DNA of 64,000 bases from a virus. The position numbers and the translations under genes are program-made. The stretch is from positions 1-64,000 of IMG/VR virus record IMGVR_UViG_3300028146_000008; one strand, 5' to 3'. Under the pieces are notes generated by a model that worked only from the letters and a program-made list of their open reading frames with translations, did no database searches and was not told the DNA's origin. Below, piece after piece: positions 46,484 to 56,805 of this stretch (positions are counted from its first letter, which is position 1; each line of letters begins with the position of its first letter).

Positions 46484-46489
46484 GAACTC

Positions 46490-47170
46490 TTAAAATTCTT
46501 CGTAAGTCAGTTTCAATTCCAGCGGGTGATGTCTACGGTGTTCGCGAACCATCGCAAGTCCGGGGTACTCCCAGGAGGCTATCCGAGGTTCGTGCTGAAC
46601 CGCGCGGCTACTGATACCAGGAACGTTGTTGGACTTAATCCCGGCGTTCTTCATTACCGTGGCGATCCACCAGTCTTCCTGCATCAGCCTCCACCCTGGA
46701 TTCGGGTTGCTGTGGAAGTACTTGTAGTGAAGTTTCTTGTCAGAGGTGACCACGGCTTTCAGAGCCCTGCGGGACAGCCAGTATCCACCACCGGAACAAA
46801 TCTTGGATCCGAGCCCGTCGAACTCCCGAGCCTCCCCTGCGTAGTCGAACCGCTTCAGAGCGGCCAACCTTTCGGGGAACAGGTAGGTGTCATCGTCGCA
46901 CTTGAACACCGCGTCGAAACCTTCCTGGTACGCCCAGGTGAGCATCGCCCGAATCTTCAGAGCCAGATTGTCGTAATCATCCGGAACATCCAATTGGACT
47001 TCATCAGGGTAGTTGAAGGGGTGTGACCCGGCACCGTAAAAGAAACGATGCTTATAGGGTCCCCCAATTTTGGTAACCCAGGCTCCGCGCTGGTAGTTGC
47101 AATAGTCGGCCCGCTTATGGCAGGCGGTGATGGCGATTAGGATTTTCAAGGTTAGTGCTGGATGACGCAA
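46490..47170 (-). CDS. GT-A glycosyltransferase (galactosyltransferase/Fringe, GT31-like)
   Basis: DDYDNLALK, FKCDDDTY (DxD), CSGGGYWLSRRA, EDWW. Confidence 0.8.
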   Translation of the reverse strand: MRHPALTLKILIAITACHKRADYCNYQRGAWVTKIGGPYKHRFFYGAGSHPFNYPDEVQLDVPDDYDNLALKIRAMLTWAYQEGFDAVFKCDDDTYLFPERLAALKRFDYAGEAREFDGLGSKICSGGGYWLSRRALKAVVTSDKKLHYKYFHSNPNPGWRLMQEDWWIATVMKNAGIKSNNVPGISSRAVQHEPRIASWEYPGLAMVREHRRHHPLELKLTYEEF

Positions 47171-47613
47171 ATATGAGGAATGTGGCCTTCGGGTGTGACT
47201 TTAAAAAACACACCCTCGGCTAAGAGCTGCCGGATCGCTTCGTCCTGGTCAAACCCTTGCTTCATGCGGGTGTCAAGTTTGAAAAAACACTCGGGAGCAA
47301 TCCGCCACGCTATTCCGTCAATGATGGTTTCCATAGAAGGGTTCAGACCCCATTGTTCAGCAAATCGACGGCGGGCAGAGAGTCCCAACTGTTACAAATC
47401 ACGGTCGCCATTTCGGTGGGTTCGAGAAACCATTTCTGTTTGCCGTATACGATACGGGCCAGCTTCGGGGACATATTTCTAAAAGTCCAAGACAAGCCCG
47501 AGGGATCCATCGGACTCAATTGCTCGAACACTTCCACGCCATCTGGCAGAATTAATCTTCGGTGCGCCATGTCTCTCTTTCATTTAGTTGTTCACTCAGC
47601 GGAGTACTGTACT

Positions 47614-47880
47614 TCACTGTGCGGAGTGACTTAGTTCTCGGCGGACAAGTTCCTGTGCTTCTTCGGTGTAATCGAACCACTCGTTGTGGCAGCGGATATG
47701 TTCTAGTTCACTGTGTAAACAACGTTCGTCTTCTATTTCTCCCGAAATGCGCCCGATCAAATCCAAGTCATCTGCGTTCTCTCGGAGAAGGAAGTTAAAG
47801 CGCCGGTCTACTTCGCTGGCTGATTTCGAGTAACCAATTTTCAAGCGGTTTGTTTTCTGGGCTAGGATGAAATAGATCAC
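47614..47880 (-). CDS. GIY-YIG / T5orf172-like protein
   Basis: MIYFI...LKIGYS...ERCLH...NEWF. Confidence 0.75.
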   Translation of the reverse strand: MIYFILAQKTNRLKIGYSKSASEVDRRFNFLLRENADDLDLIGRISGEIEDERCLHSELEHIRCHNEWFDYTEEAQELVRRELSHSAQ

Positions 47881-48329
47881 TAGTTCACTCAGTGAAGTGC
47901 TAGGGGACTTGATAATGAGAATTTTCCTTAAAGGTACTCGGGGGGCTCCACCCGGCTAGGCGTACTGGTACGAATAGGGTCCCCTATCTAATAGTACTAG
48001 AACTCTCAGTAGCTATATAACCGTCTGTAACTTACTGATTCAATTGAGCATACCTCGTCAGACGCGCGGGGAGTATGCAAGGGGTTTCGGATCTATGCGG
48101 GGGATTCGAGACATTGCGGCCATGCGAAGAGAATGCGATAAAATACACATAGAGTCGTATGGTAAGTTATTGAAAACATTGGCCGATTGTTTTTGAAACC
48201 CGCTAACTAACTGATTCGGCGCAAGATGCGTTTATTCGCATGTTAAGTTATTGATAAGATTCGACTTAAAACTGCAAAAACCCGGCAATATGCGGTTACT
48301 TTTAGTAACTAGCTTACTTTGGCCGCGCC

Positions 48330-48725
48330 TTAAAAGCATTCGCCGCCTGGTTGCTCTGCCGTCTCTGATTCCATTAGACTTATATCGCTAGTTCCCTGCC
48401 CTATTGTCTTCGGATCAAACACTTGCTCAAAAGCACGGTTTACAGCCTCGCTGACCTCTTCCTGTGTCGGGTTAGCTCGTTTCCTTAATCTCTCGTCCGA
48501 TAACTCTCTATCAGTCACGTATTGCACGTCTACGGGTATTCCTGCTTTCCTCAGCATCTCGTGACATTCTGACTGGTGCGGTCGAACTGTATCAGGTCCG
48601 TATTTAACTTCTACGGCGATTACTCTGCCGTTCAATTCTACCAGTAGATCCGGCCATCCTTTATTCACTACTCGGCAACCTGCCCGGATTAGGCGATTAT
48701 AGACTACTTCCTCTGCAGGTGTCAT
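48330..48725 (-). CDS. VRR-NUC-like PD-(D/E)XK nuclease
   Basis: KGWPDLL...AVEVK...RPHQ. Confidence 0.75.
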   Translation of the reverse strand: MTPAEEVVYNRLIRAGCRVVNKGWPDLLVELNGRVIAVEVKYGPDTVRPHQSECHEMLRKAGIPVDVQYVTDRELSDERLRKRANPTQEEVSEAVNRAFEQVFDPKTIGQGTSDISLMESETAEQPGGECF

Positions 48726-48991
48726 TCTGAGAATAGTCCTGTTTTCGCCTTAGCTCTTTTTGGCCGGGTTGCCTTAATGCTCGTTAGCTTTTCGAGTGTG
48801 GCCAAGAGCTTAATCCTATCTCCCATGCCTAGCGTGTCGGTTTCGAGCAATTCCATAATCTGCCGCGCGGCGTCCATCCTCATATCCTGCCGTTTGTAGC
48901 CTCTGCCGTCCTTGCCGGGTTTCGGGTTTGGTTCGACTACTTCACTAAGCGGAGTGCTTATCTCTTCCTTTATTTGTTCTATTTCGTCCAT
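48722..48991 (-). CDS. Hypothetical protein
   Basis: 89 aa; extended -10-like TGGTAGACT just upstream of the ATG. Confidence 0.45.
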   Translation of the reverse strand: MDEIEQIKEEISTPLSEVVEPNPKPGKDGRGYKRQDMRMDAARQIMELLETDTLGMGDRIKLLATLEKLTSIKATRPKRAKAKTGLFSE

Positions 48992-49059
48992 GCAATTAGT
49001 CTACCATACTTCGCTTTATTCTGCCATCCATATTTTTAGTACTATCTGTATTTTGGTAC

Positions 49060-49087
49060 TTGACATTATTTCTCTATGCTTTATAGT
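49060..49087 (+). promoter_or_regulatory. Sigma70-type promoter of the plus-strand gene island
   Basis: TTGACA, 16-nt spacer, TATAGT. Confidence 0.6.
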
Positions 49088-49130
49088 TGTCTACTGTAAG
49101 GCAGTTCACTAAGCGGAGTGAGGGATATAA

Positions 49131-51449
49131 ATGCAAAATGAATGGATTCGTACTAACCCGGCAATCCCCCGCGATTGTCTGACGCGCGGTTGCTTGATTA
49201 CATATCTGGACGAAAATAAGGAATTTTGGCGTGCAGAAGTAGACGCGGTTTTGTCTGACCGCGTTCTGACCGTTTATGGTCTCGAAATTCCGTTTTCCAT
49301 GATTACTTTGGTTCAATCGTAAGACGAGAAGACTAAACCAGTTCACTCACTAAACAGGAGAATAGATAATATGACTTGGAAACCGTTTATCGTAATTTGG
49401 GCCGTCGAGAAGGATTCTCCCGCGATAACCCGCCGATTGATCTTCTCTCTGCAGGATTTTGACTTCGCCTATGCCGCGTACAACTCATTCCGTGGCGACG
49501 TGGCTATCGGATCTAAGCTCGCTTGCGGGTTTTATCGTACACACCAATTGGTGACGAAAGGAAACTAAAATGCCCTCTATGCAACTATCATTCTGGCAGT
49601 GGTATCAGGTTCTAAGGTCTCATGGGCACTGGAGTATGCTTGAGTCTGTTTGGTACGCTTTGTACCTGAAAGGGTTAGTTCGATGATCACGAAACACACG
49701 CCCGGACCTTGGGAAACCGTATTTGAAGGGCATCGTCTATCCGTTTGGTCTGAAGGATACGGTTTCGTACACTCGCATGAAGTACCGCAAGTAAACATAG
49801 GTGCCACACAAACCGCGAACGCTAACGCGCGTCTTATCTCTGCTGCGCCTGAATTGCTGCAGGCATTGCGCGACTTGCAAAAAGAGCTTCGCGACGCCAT
49901 AAAACTAGACGTTAAAAAACACTATTCCTTAATGGTTGCCGATGCTTGTGCGAGTAAGGCAATCGCCAAAGCAGAAGGGAAAGACTAATGAAACGAACTG
50001 TTTGTATCACACTCCCCGACCTAGCATGGCCAGTTACACTCGAACAAACGGGAATAGACCGCTTTACCGTGACTTACGGGAAACAAGTCAAAAGCGGATT
50101 GCGGTATGGGCAAGCGGCAACAGAACTAGGTGCATGTATCATGCACGCTCTTGCTTGTGACGGAAAATTAGACAATCGTGAGAAAGGCGAGAAGTAATGT
50201 CTAACCCCTATACCGTCGAATCCTTGCGCCAGTATGTAGGGTTAACTGGTTTGTTGTCTTCGGACAAACTACAGTTTAACGTTTTGATTCTAGACGCGAA
50301 AGTCAGTTACGGGAATTCTAGGTTTCTTGTAATACCTGTAAGCGGATCCGGGGAAGTCTGGGTAGATTCTAGTCGGGTTTCGGTTTCGAGTACTTCACTT
50401 AGTGAACGGCTGTAAAATGTTTTCAATTCGTGCGGCCAGCACGTTAAACACGGAGGAAGTTATGTATACGACTCAAAAGCAGGTTAGGGAAGCATTCTGG
50501 GATGCATGGCGCGATGGGCAGTTTAAGGGTATGAACGTCACACCTCGACTCATTACCGATTACAGCGGCAAAGGCAAAATGCACAACACAGACACGCGCA
50601 CGGCATTTTGTGATTTCGTGGATATGCTTTTCAAGTCTGGCCAATTGGCTGAAGGTCTGGCGGAAAGAGTGACGCTATGAGCACGCGAAAAGAACGTCAC
50701 GAATTCATTGCAATGCTTTATGAGCACTCACCGCACAAGTGGCAGGAATCTGACCCGCCGATGTTCATTCAACGGCAAGCGGAATTGCTCATGCGCTACA
50801 GCGCGACGTTGCACCGTCTCGCGGAAGAACTGTGCAATGGCTATCAGGATTACAAAGGCAACTGGGACGAAAAACGTACAACTTTGGCCGAAAAGAAGCA
50901 AGCTCGAATCGAACAACGTGCGGCAGAGGTAGCAGCGGCCATCGGCGGAAAAGTTATCACTGGCGGGGATCCGCGCGGCTGTGTGCTCAAAGTTGTGTTC
51001 CCAGACGGCTATACAAATGACTGGGGGAGAGAAGGAATCTGCGTACCAGCCTAAGTATTCCACACTCTTACCCTATAGTGACAGGTAGGGTAAGTACGGG
51101 GAGTATTCAGTTCCCTTGTAAAATCAAACTGGAGGAAACGCTAATGGGCACTCAGAAACTAGGACGTAGCAGAGCGGCGAAGCGAGCAAAAGACATACAC
51201 TTTCATAGTGACAATATGCTAGGTACTGACGGGCACCCGGCTATAAAGGTTAAGTACTATGGTTCAGCTCCGAGCGAATACGCTTGGGATGCAACCGTAG
51301 AGGATTTTTGGTTTAGCGCAAAGATGATCGCGCACGAACATGGATACTCAGGCGTTTTTAGCGAGGGCCGCTCCGGTGGCTGGCTTGTTCCCTTCTCTCA
51401 ATATCAAAACGGCAAGCTCAAAACACGCGGCCAAAGGACAGGTACCTAA
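49131..51449 (+). other. Island of about 9 small co-oriented hypothetical genes (49131, 49371, 49570, 49683, 49988, 50197, 50462, 50677, 51144)
   Basis: Tightly coupled ORFs with SD sites; 49683 has the KHTPGPW...ANARLISAAPELL phage motif. Confidence 0.6.
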
Positions 51450-51827
51450 GTATCTCTGGCGCTATGCCCGCTGAATTGATCCGTGCCCGCTTACCTGGAG
51501 GTGTCTAACGCTGGCCGATAGCACAATTCGCGTGTACTCGCACGGCGGAATATGCTTGTGTTCGCGCGTGTCAGAATACGTGTAAGTATTACCGTGTCAA
51601 ATATACACGTCCTATGCGTACTGGTGTACTAGAACTAAGAAATACCCTCGGCCATCGTCTGGAAAAATTCCAAATCCTGAAAAACCTGGGCGCTCAAAAA
51701 CACTTGCGCGATTGAATTCGGGGGAGCAAAAAGTCTTGCGCTTTGTTTTTAAGCCTACTTTATTAGGTTTTATATGCGAAAGTATATCTAATACCTAATA
51801 TGATAGGTCTTAACATATCACGCGCGG

Positions 51828-53627
51828 CTATTCGGATTGCTCTTTGGAAACTCGGCGGGGCTTTGGGACTTTGCGGCGTTGCCGCTTAAATCTTGTGATC
51901 TCATCCACCAGATAACCCAAGTGATACGCCACTACCTCGTTTTGCTTTTTCACGTCCATTACGTCGAACATGCGTTTGATTGCGTGGTAGCTCTCATGCG
52001 CGATAGTTCCCGCGCTTGCGTTGGGTTTTAGAAATATGAAACTGCAATCTTCGTCGCTGTGTACGGTCAACGCTTCTGTGTATTCGAGACCATCTATGCA
52101 CGCGGTCGGGGGGTATTTTTTCGTTGCCGCTGCGATGTCTGATGCGAACTCGACATGCACCCAGTAATTCGAGAAAACGGGAAATTCAATTATTGTGAAC
52201 CGGCTCCTCGGTTTTGACCTCAATTGGAATCCCCTGGGCTATGCCGTTCTTTTCTACGATTGTTACTTTAACCGTTTTAAAACTGTATTTGTTCTCGTAC
52301 CCGCGCAAACACAGACGTTGCTTCACTAAGTGAATAGCTTGCTCGGGATCGTCCGTGATGACGGTCCAAGTTATGAAATTCGTGGAGAATCGTTTACCGA
52401 GTGAAGTGATTGTGACCAGGTAGCCAGTTTCAGGATCTACCGGCCTAACAAGTTCGTTACTGACAGGTATCGGAACAACGCGGCCCCTCCGGTTAGAATC
52501 ACGAGCACTAACACCGCGAGCAGCCATGATTTCCCCTCGGATTTGGGTTCTGAAATTACTGGAACCGATTTCGGTTTATACAGAACATCTACCGCTTTGC
52601 GATTCGCCGGATCTTGAATGAAGTCCTCGAACTCTTTTGCGGTCATTGCTTGAATCGAAGAGAACGTTACGGTCGGTGCTTTCGCGTCCGCGAAAAGGGG
52701 ATACTCTGATTTCCAGCCAGTCAGTTTGACGAAATCTTCTACAAATTGAACCGCGTTAGATTGTGGCAGTCCATTCCATTGGAGTTCGGCAGCTCGGGCG
52801 GGCGGAACATCTAAACTCTTTTTGAGATCGTTTAGTTCTTTTTCTGTGTTCCAGAGTTTGCCGCGCAATTCTTCAATAATATTGTTCTGGTTCAGTACGG
52901 ATTGGAACAGACTCCCCCCGAGATCAAACAACATGCGGCCATTCGCGTCTCTGACTTCCGCAATTTGCTTCCAGTTATCGCTCGTAACCTTATACGTCGC
53001 TGCTTCATTCTCCGCGCGGGCAAGGTTTACATGAACTACTTCGAGCGTGTTCTTTAGGGATTCTACGTCTTTGCGTAGTTGCTCGACTTCGCGGCGCGTG
53101 ATTGTGCGACCTGCGATTGTAGCGTCAACGAGTTCTGTCGCTTTTGCTACGATCCCCTCATCCGTGAGAATTTGTGAGGCGTCGAAACCCTGCAAAGCGG
53201 CGACGATCTCTTTAGCTATCTTGCTCATTGCTTTCCTTCTGTTGCTCGTTAATACGAGGAACGTATTCGATATGCTTCATTACAGTCAGGTCCGGGCAAT
53301 TGTGCGTTTCGTCTTTGTAGAAAATCGTTTCGCACACTGGACAAATCAAATAATCCTTCAACTCAATCATGCCCGACTGATCTCCTCTTGCCTGACTTGT
53401 TCTATTTCGTTCACTGAACAAAATGGCAAGAATTTGCGTCCGCCTTCGTAGACCAGCATCCCTGCTACTAAATCCCCACCCTCGGGCTCCGGGACTTGTT
53501 CGAGGAATAGTGTTACCCGATTGTCCTCGAATAAATGTTTTTGAAGATTCCACTTCAATCCTGCAGAGCGAAGCGAGTGCTTAACTTTTAGCCACGCTTC
53601 ACTCTCTGATTGGATCTCAATTATCAT
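51828..53627 (-). other. Block of minus-strand hypothetical genes (including 51828-52223, 52437-53228, 53367-53627)
   Basis: HESYH (HExxH) motif in 51828-52223; coiled coil plus C-terminal TM in 52437-53228. Confidence 0.5.
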
Positions 53628-54063
53628 TTTTGAATCGTAGCACAATTCGTGAACTAATTCAAGAACTAATTAGCTCGGAGATGTCATCGCGTAACCCCTG
53701 GAGGTCCACTTGCGCGGATTCTTCGGGACTTTGGGCATAGACTTAGGGATCGCACCCATTCCAGTCTTGGGCGATTCCTCGCTGCGCGTGCCGTTGTGCT
53801 TTAGCTGGCCTTCGCCTGTGCGGGATTTGCCGATTACTTCAAAGTACGTTGCGGGTGTTTGCCGCCAACTCTTGTTTACGCCTTTGGGATTGCCACTTCC
53901 GGTTTTCGACTTCGGTACTGGTTTCATTGTGTTTCTCGTTTGTTTCTGTAATTTCGTTGCGTGGCACTTCACTTGTGAAGTGGCTTGTGGAATGACCTAT
54001 TTCAGTAAATTGGCCAATTTCAGCAACTGTTGAAATGGCATGTTTTAGTGAAATTCATTGTAT

Positions 54064-54393
54064 CTAGCTTGGGTTTTTGAAACGGAACAGTTGCAAATTC
54101 GCCGTACCTTCTGGATTGGTCGGACCCGCTGCGCTCGTTCCACCTAGATTGAACTGAGGCGTGACCGCGCTGCCATCTGGTTTGGATCCGTATGCGCCTG
54201 GGTCGTAGCCAGAAAAATCGGTAGGCCCGAGATTGTTCAAACCTGCGGCTTGCCCTGCTAAACCACCGGGAACGCCCGTAGTAAGCGGCGTAGAAATGCT
54301 GTTCGCTGTGTGAACTTCTAAAAATACTGGAGCTGTAGCGTTCGCGCCTACTTGAAGTTCTGGTGTATTGCTTGCCGGTCCAAAGTCTGCCAT
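54064..54393 (-). CDS. Small NP[AS]-tail family protein with an MCP-like N-terminus
   Basis: GAGG SD; MADFGPASNT...FRFKNPS*. Confidence 0.6.
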   Translation of the reverse strand: MADFGPASNTPELQVGANATAPVFLEVHTANSISTPLTTGVPGGLAGQAAGLNNLGPTDFSGYDPGAYGSKPDGSAVTPQFNLGGTSAAGPTNPEGTANLQLFRFKNPS

Positions 54394-54469
54394 TTGAATA
54401 CCTCGGTGGTACTAATTAGGTGTACTATACGGCTGCTCCGAGGCAGGCGGAAATGATGCAAACTAATAC

Positions 54470-54498
54470 TTGACAAATGCGAATAAACGTTTTACAGT
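54470..54498 (+). promoter_or_regulatory. Sigma70-type promoter of the operon ending in the recombinase
   Basis: TTGACA, 17-nt spacer, TACAGT. Confidence 0.55.
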
Positions 54499-55298
54499 TC
54501 GCGTATGGAGGTGGTCAGTGCAACCGATCACAAAAGAACAAGGACTGGTTATCACGGGCTTTACGGGTGTTACGGCTGCGAACTTCGGAGATTTTCAACT
54601 CGATGTTGAAAAGAGACTTGGACGCCCCGTATTCACTCACGAACTGGCCGATAAAAATCTTTGGGAAGAAATTAAGGAACTTTACCGTGCGGACTTTCTC
54701 GATATGGTACGAGAAGCATGAACTCCCGAGAATCAGCATCACTAGACCGATACATCACTGGAAACTACGGTGAAGATCAGTTCCATAATGAAGATGAAGT
54801 TATCTGTCAAGATTGCGGTTGCCCGCGCTCGATGCAACAGCGAAGAGACGCCCTACGATTGCTACGAAGACAATTGCGAGTGCAAAGGTTTTTCTTACAT
54901 CCCGAGGAAACAAGCATGAGCTGGCAAACTCTACTAAACCAAACCGCTGATACTCTCTCCACTCGGGAAGAGTTGTTGCGGTCTTGCCGTGAGTTATTGG
55001 CGGTGGTTAAAACTATGCCACATCATGCTAAGACTCAAACCGCGCGTGAACTGATAGTATTGCGGGCACAACAAAATATTGCCAAAGCTGCTCAAGAGAG
55101 CGGTTTAGAGATTGACTTCGGACATTTGGTGCGATGATGCGATTTATAGATTTGAATCCGGATTTGCAAGACGCGCCGCTGTTTCCAGAAATTTGGTATT
55201 ACGTTCGGCGTTTTCAAAAATGGTATGCACTAAAACGCTACGGCGTTATGGTGCTGTACCCCGAGACTGATCGGATCGGTCGGCTGGGAGGCTAGCCT

Positions 55299-55880
55299 GT
55301 GCAATTCCTAACCACATCTGAACTGTTGGCCGTTCTTAAAGTTGCTCGCGACCGTTCGCTTCGAGATTGGCTGCTTATGGTCGTTCAGTTCAACCACGCT
55401 CTGCGGCCATCCGAGGTTTGTGCAATCAAGATGGACGATATCAAAAACGGTTCGCTTACTGTTCAACGTCGAAAGGGATCGAAGCTAACTTGTCAGCCGC
55501 TCCGGAAACATAAGGGCCAAACACTTCTGGACGAAGTTCGCGGATTGTCCGAGTGGGTTAAGGTTCGGCCCCGAGACTGTGGTTCAGCGTTGTTCTGTAG
55601 TGCAAAAGGTGGACCGATCACTGCGAAGCACTACAACTTTCTGTTTAAGAAGTACGCGCTGTTGGCGGGATTGCCACAATCTAAAGCTCATCCTCATGCC
55701 ATACGCCACACGAGCGCCACGTTAATGGCTCGCCAGGGTATGGACATCGGATGGATTCAAACACATTTAGGCCATACCTCAATTACGAGTACGGCCATCT
55801 ACACACATTTGAACTCAGAAGAAGTTTCTGCAAAAGCCCATGAAGCTTTCATGGACGCGTTTAAAGATCCGACCACGTAA
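55299..55880 (+). CDS. Tyrosine recombinase (short, catalytic domain only, FimB/FimE-like size)
   Basis: ALRPSE (R), RRKGS (K), HAIRH, LGH, TAIY catalytic residues; GGAGG SD. Confidence 0.9.
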   Translation: MQFLTTSELLAVLKVARDRSLRDWLLMVVQFNHALRPSEVCAIKMDDIKNGSLTVQRRKGSKLTCQPLRKHKGQTLLDEVRGLSEWVKVRPRDCGSALFCSAKGGPITAKHYNFLFKKYALLAGLPQSKAHPHAIRHTSATLMARQGMDIGWIQTHLGHTSITSTAIYTHLNSEEVSAKAHEAFMDAFKDPTT

Positions 55881-55884
55881 ACTG

Positions 55885-55969
55885 CTGGGGCAGCAGGAGT
55901 CGAACCTGCAATGTCCTTTCGGACTGTCGCCTTAACGGGGCGATGCTGTGCCAGTTGAGCCACACCCCA
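55885..55969 (-). tRNA. Atypical tRNA-Asn(GTT) with a long variable arm
   Basis: TGGGGTG/TGCCCCA+G; anticodon stem TCGCC/GGCGA with loop CC-GTT-AA; extra arm GTCC-GAAA-GGAC; T-arm GCAGG-TTCGACT-CCTGC; no encoded CCA. Confidence 0.75.
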
Positions 55970-56138
55970 GCACTTGACGCGGTGTGTTATAATCCCGCCA
56001 TGATTCTAATATGCGAACACTGTGCCTGTGGTTTGAATATTTCTGAACCTGCTGGATCACCGTTCGGCCAAGTTCAGCGCGGGGTTTGTCAGGTTTGCAG
56101 AGAAACGTGCGAGTGCTGGGAAGTAGAATTTGAACTGT

Positions 56139-56381
56139 CTAAGCTGGGTTCTTCAGATGCAGGCCCCCGCCTGCTGTAATTTTCACGTCCACTGGTTTAG
56201 CTGGCGGCGCGTTGAGAAATACTTCTTCCCTTCCTTCGGGTTCTGGTTCGCTAAAATCCTGTTCACTTAGTGAACGGTCGGGCGTCATGGGTGTTGCACC
56301 CGGACCCAGCGGACCCATAGGTGTGGATGTCTTCAAAACTTCTTTGTCAGACAATGCGCCGATTGCTCTGTTGAACATCAT
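56139..56381 (-). CDS. Small NP[AS]-tail family protein
   Basis: Ends GLHLKNPA*. Confidence 0.55.
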   Translation of the reverse strand: MMFNRAIGALSDKEVLKTSTPMGPLGPGATPMTPDRSLSEQDFSEPEPEGREEVFLNAPPAKPVDVKITAGGGLHLKNPA

Positions 56382-56805
56382 TTCCCCATTTCATACCGGA
56401 CAAATTTAATTTTTGGCGGGTTCTTTCTCTGCGGGCACTTCTTTAGTGCTTCGATCAATACGTCAAGAAAATTCATTGCTGCTTGTTTAGATGTCAATTG
56501 AAGTACTCGCCACCGGGTTTGAGCCGGTTCATTTTCTTGTGTAAATCTTTCCACTCTTGGTGCGCTTGCCTTAGTCCTGGTTGCTGTTTAGCCGCGTCTT
56601 CCAGTGTGTGGCAGGCATCGCAAATCCGCGCTTCGGCGTATACGGAGTAAAAACCCCCACCTTCAAGTGCAGAAATTGGATACCCACAGTTCTTACACTT
56701 GTTCGAGCAATGCCTGAAATCGGCCATGTAGCTGCGAAGATTAGCGGCGCAAAGTATTTTTTCGCTGTGCAGGAGTGTCCGGGTGTCCACGATTACGCTT
56801 TCGAT

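Noticed and set aside
46409-47026. 205-aa plus-strand ORF
   Set aside because: It is antisense to tRNA-Gly and to a motif-supported glycosyltransferase.
48722-48991. Terminase small subunit
   Set aside because: Its position near the candidate packaging region is suggestive, but no recognisable motif supports the call.
55885-55969. Ochre suppressor reading (TTA) of the atypical tRNA
   Set aside because: With the 5-bp stem TCGCC/GGCGA the central triplet of the 7-nt loop is GTT, not TTA.
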